Positions 42,744 through 43,891 of a stretch of DNA of 43,891 bases are shown in pieces; the first letter of the stretch is position 1, and each line of letters opens with the position of its first letter. The notes beneath the pieces are model-generated. The model saw only the letters and a list, made by a program, of their open reading frames with translations. It was not told the origin of the DNA and did not search any database. The stretch spans positions 1 to 43,891 of the forward strand of contig WYBG01000418.1 in the NCBI GenBank assembly GCA_011526015.1, read 5' to 3'. The position numbers were made by a program, and so were the translations under genes. Source of the stretch: Deltaproteobacteria bacterium (GTDB taxonomy: Bacteria > Calditrichota > Calditrichia > RBG-13-44-9 > J075).

Positions 42744-43046
42744 ATGAAAGTCATTGCCGATGTTTCGCTGGTGCCATTAGGAGTGGGGATTTCGCTTTCC
42801 AAATACATTGCCGCGTGCGAGCGGGTCTTTCGGGAGGCAGGGCTGAAAATCAACCTTCACGCGTACGGAACCAACGTAGAGGGCGAGTGGGAAGCTGTGA
42901 TGGCGGCGATCAAACGCTGCCACGAGGTGGTGCACGAGATGGGCGCGCCGCGCATCTCCACCAACATCCGCCTGGGGACCCGCACCGACCGGCAGCAGAG
43001 TATGGAAGACAAGGTGCAAAGCGTGCGGGAGAAGTTAGGAGAATGA
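42744..43046 (+). CDS. MTH1187/YkoF-like (UPF0045, thiamine-binding-type) small protein
   Basis: 100 aa. MKVIADVSLVPLGVG.S.SKYIA and HAYGTNVEGEW...V are characteristic of the family. GGAGGAGG RBS. Confidence 0.7.
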   Translation: MKVIADVSLVPLGVGISLSKYIAACERVFREAGLKINLHAYGTNVEGEWEAVMAAIKRCHEVVHEMGAPRISTNIRLGTRTDRQQSMEDKVQSVREKLGE

Positions 43047-43063
43047 TTGCGGGCGGCAGGTTC

Positions 43064-43134
43064 GGATTGTTGGAGTAATGGATTAGTGGAGTGGTGGAGC
43101 ACTGGATCACTGGATTATTGGAGCGATGGGTTAT
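43064..43134 (+). repeat. Octamer-phased GGA array (eight GGA motifs exactly 8 nt apart)
   Basis: (c)ggattgt tggagtaa tggattag tggagtgg tggagcac tggatcac tggattat tggagcga tgggttat. GGA occurs at 43064, 72, 80, 88, 96, 104, 112 and 120. There is no complementary arm nearby. Confidence 0.8.
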
Positions 43135-43304
43135 TCGTGAGTCGGATTTTGAATTTTGATGCCCGGCGCCCGGCACCGGAAGCCGGAATTTCATATTATC
43201 TTCGTGCCCGGCGTTCCGGCAAATGCTATATTGCGCCCCTTCCGATTGGGGAAGCGTTTTGAACGGCAACGAGGTGGATAAAAGCAAATCAAATAAAAAC
43301 CGCT

Positions 43305-43891
<587 letters not shown>

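Overview
This is a 43.9-kb chromosomal segment, mid-50s % GC by eye. It probably comes from an uncultured member of the FCB superphylum: two proteins end in T9SS/Por C-terminal sorting domains. Unlike classical Bacteroidetes, the genes have strong AAGGAG Shine-Dalgarno sites, several TTG/GTG starts and sigma70-like TTGnnn-16/17-TATATT promoters. I call 34 protein-coding loci, two of them interrupted by in-frame stops. I recognised no rRNA, tRNA or CRISPR. Gene content in order: a 1.4-kaa secreted S8 protease; an AT-rich islet with a decayed WG-repeat lipoprotein gene and a DUF4258/zinc-finger toxin-antitoxin pair; an Xaa-Pro peptidase, proline dehydrogenase and HOGA1-like aldolase trio; a multi-TM HAMP-PP2C phosphatase; an MFS transporter; nitronate monooxygenase plus a hotdog-fold protein; a lipoprotein serpin; a beta-helix T9SS protein split by an in-frame TGA; an NTF2-like protein; a PQQ-propeller lipoprotein; a complete porin-pstS-pstC-pstA-pstB-phoU operon with long-form permeases; an M28 peptidase; a second pstS; an LPS/glycosyltransferase cluster; rsmB; a tandem Usp; an OPT transporter; a PqqD-like protein; an MTH1187-like protein; and the 5' end of uvrA, which is absent from the supplied ORF track because it runs off the window. 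The most unusual signal is non-coding. Almost every gene 3' end and every intercistronic gap of the pst operon carries a degenerate tandem array of short words, mostly in strict 7-nt phase and sometimes 6, 8 or 9 nt. Each array pairs with the reverse-complement word to form long multi-register hairpins. Words recur at distant loci, abut or overlap stop codons, and one family occurs in frame inside the protease CDS. A 110-nt copy pair brackets the second pstS. All functional interpretation is inference from reading the sequence; no searches were run.
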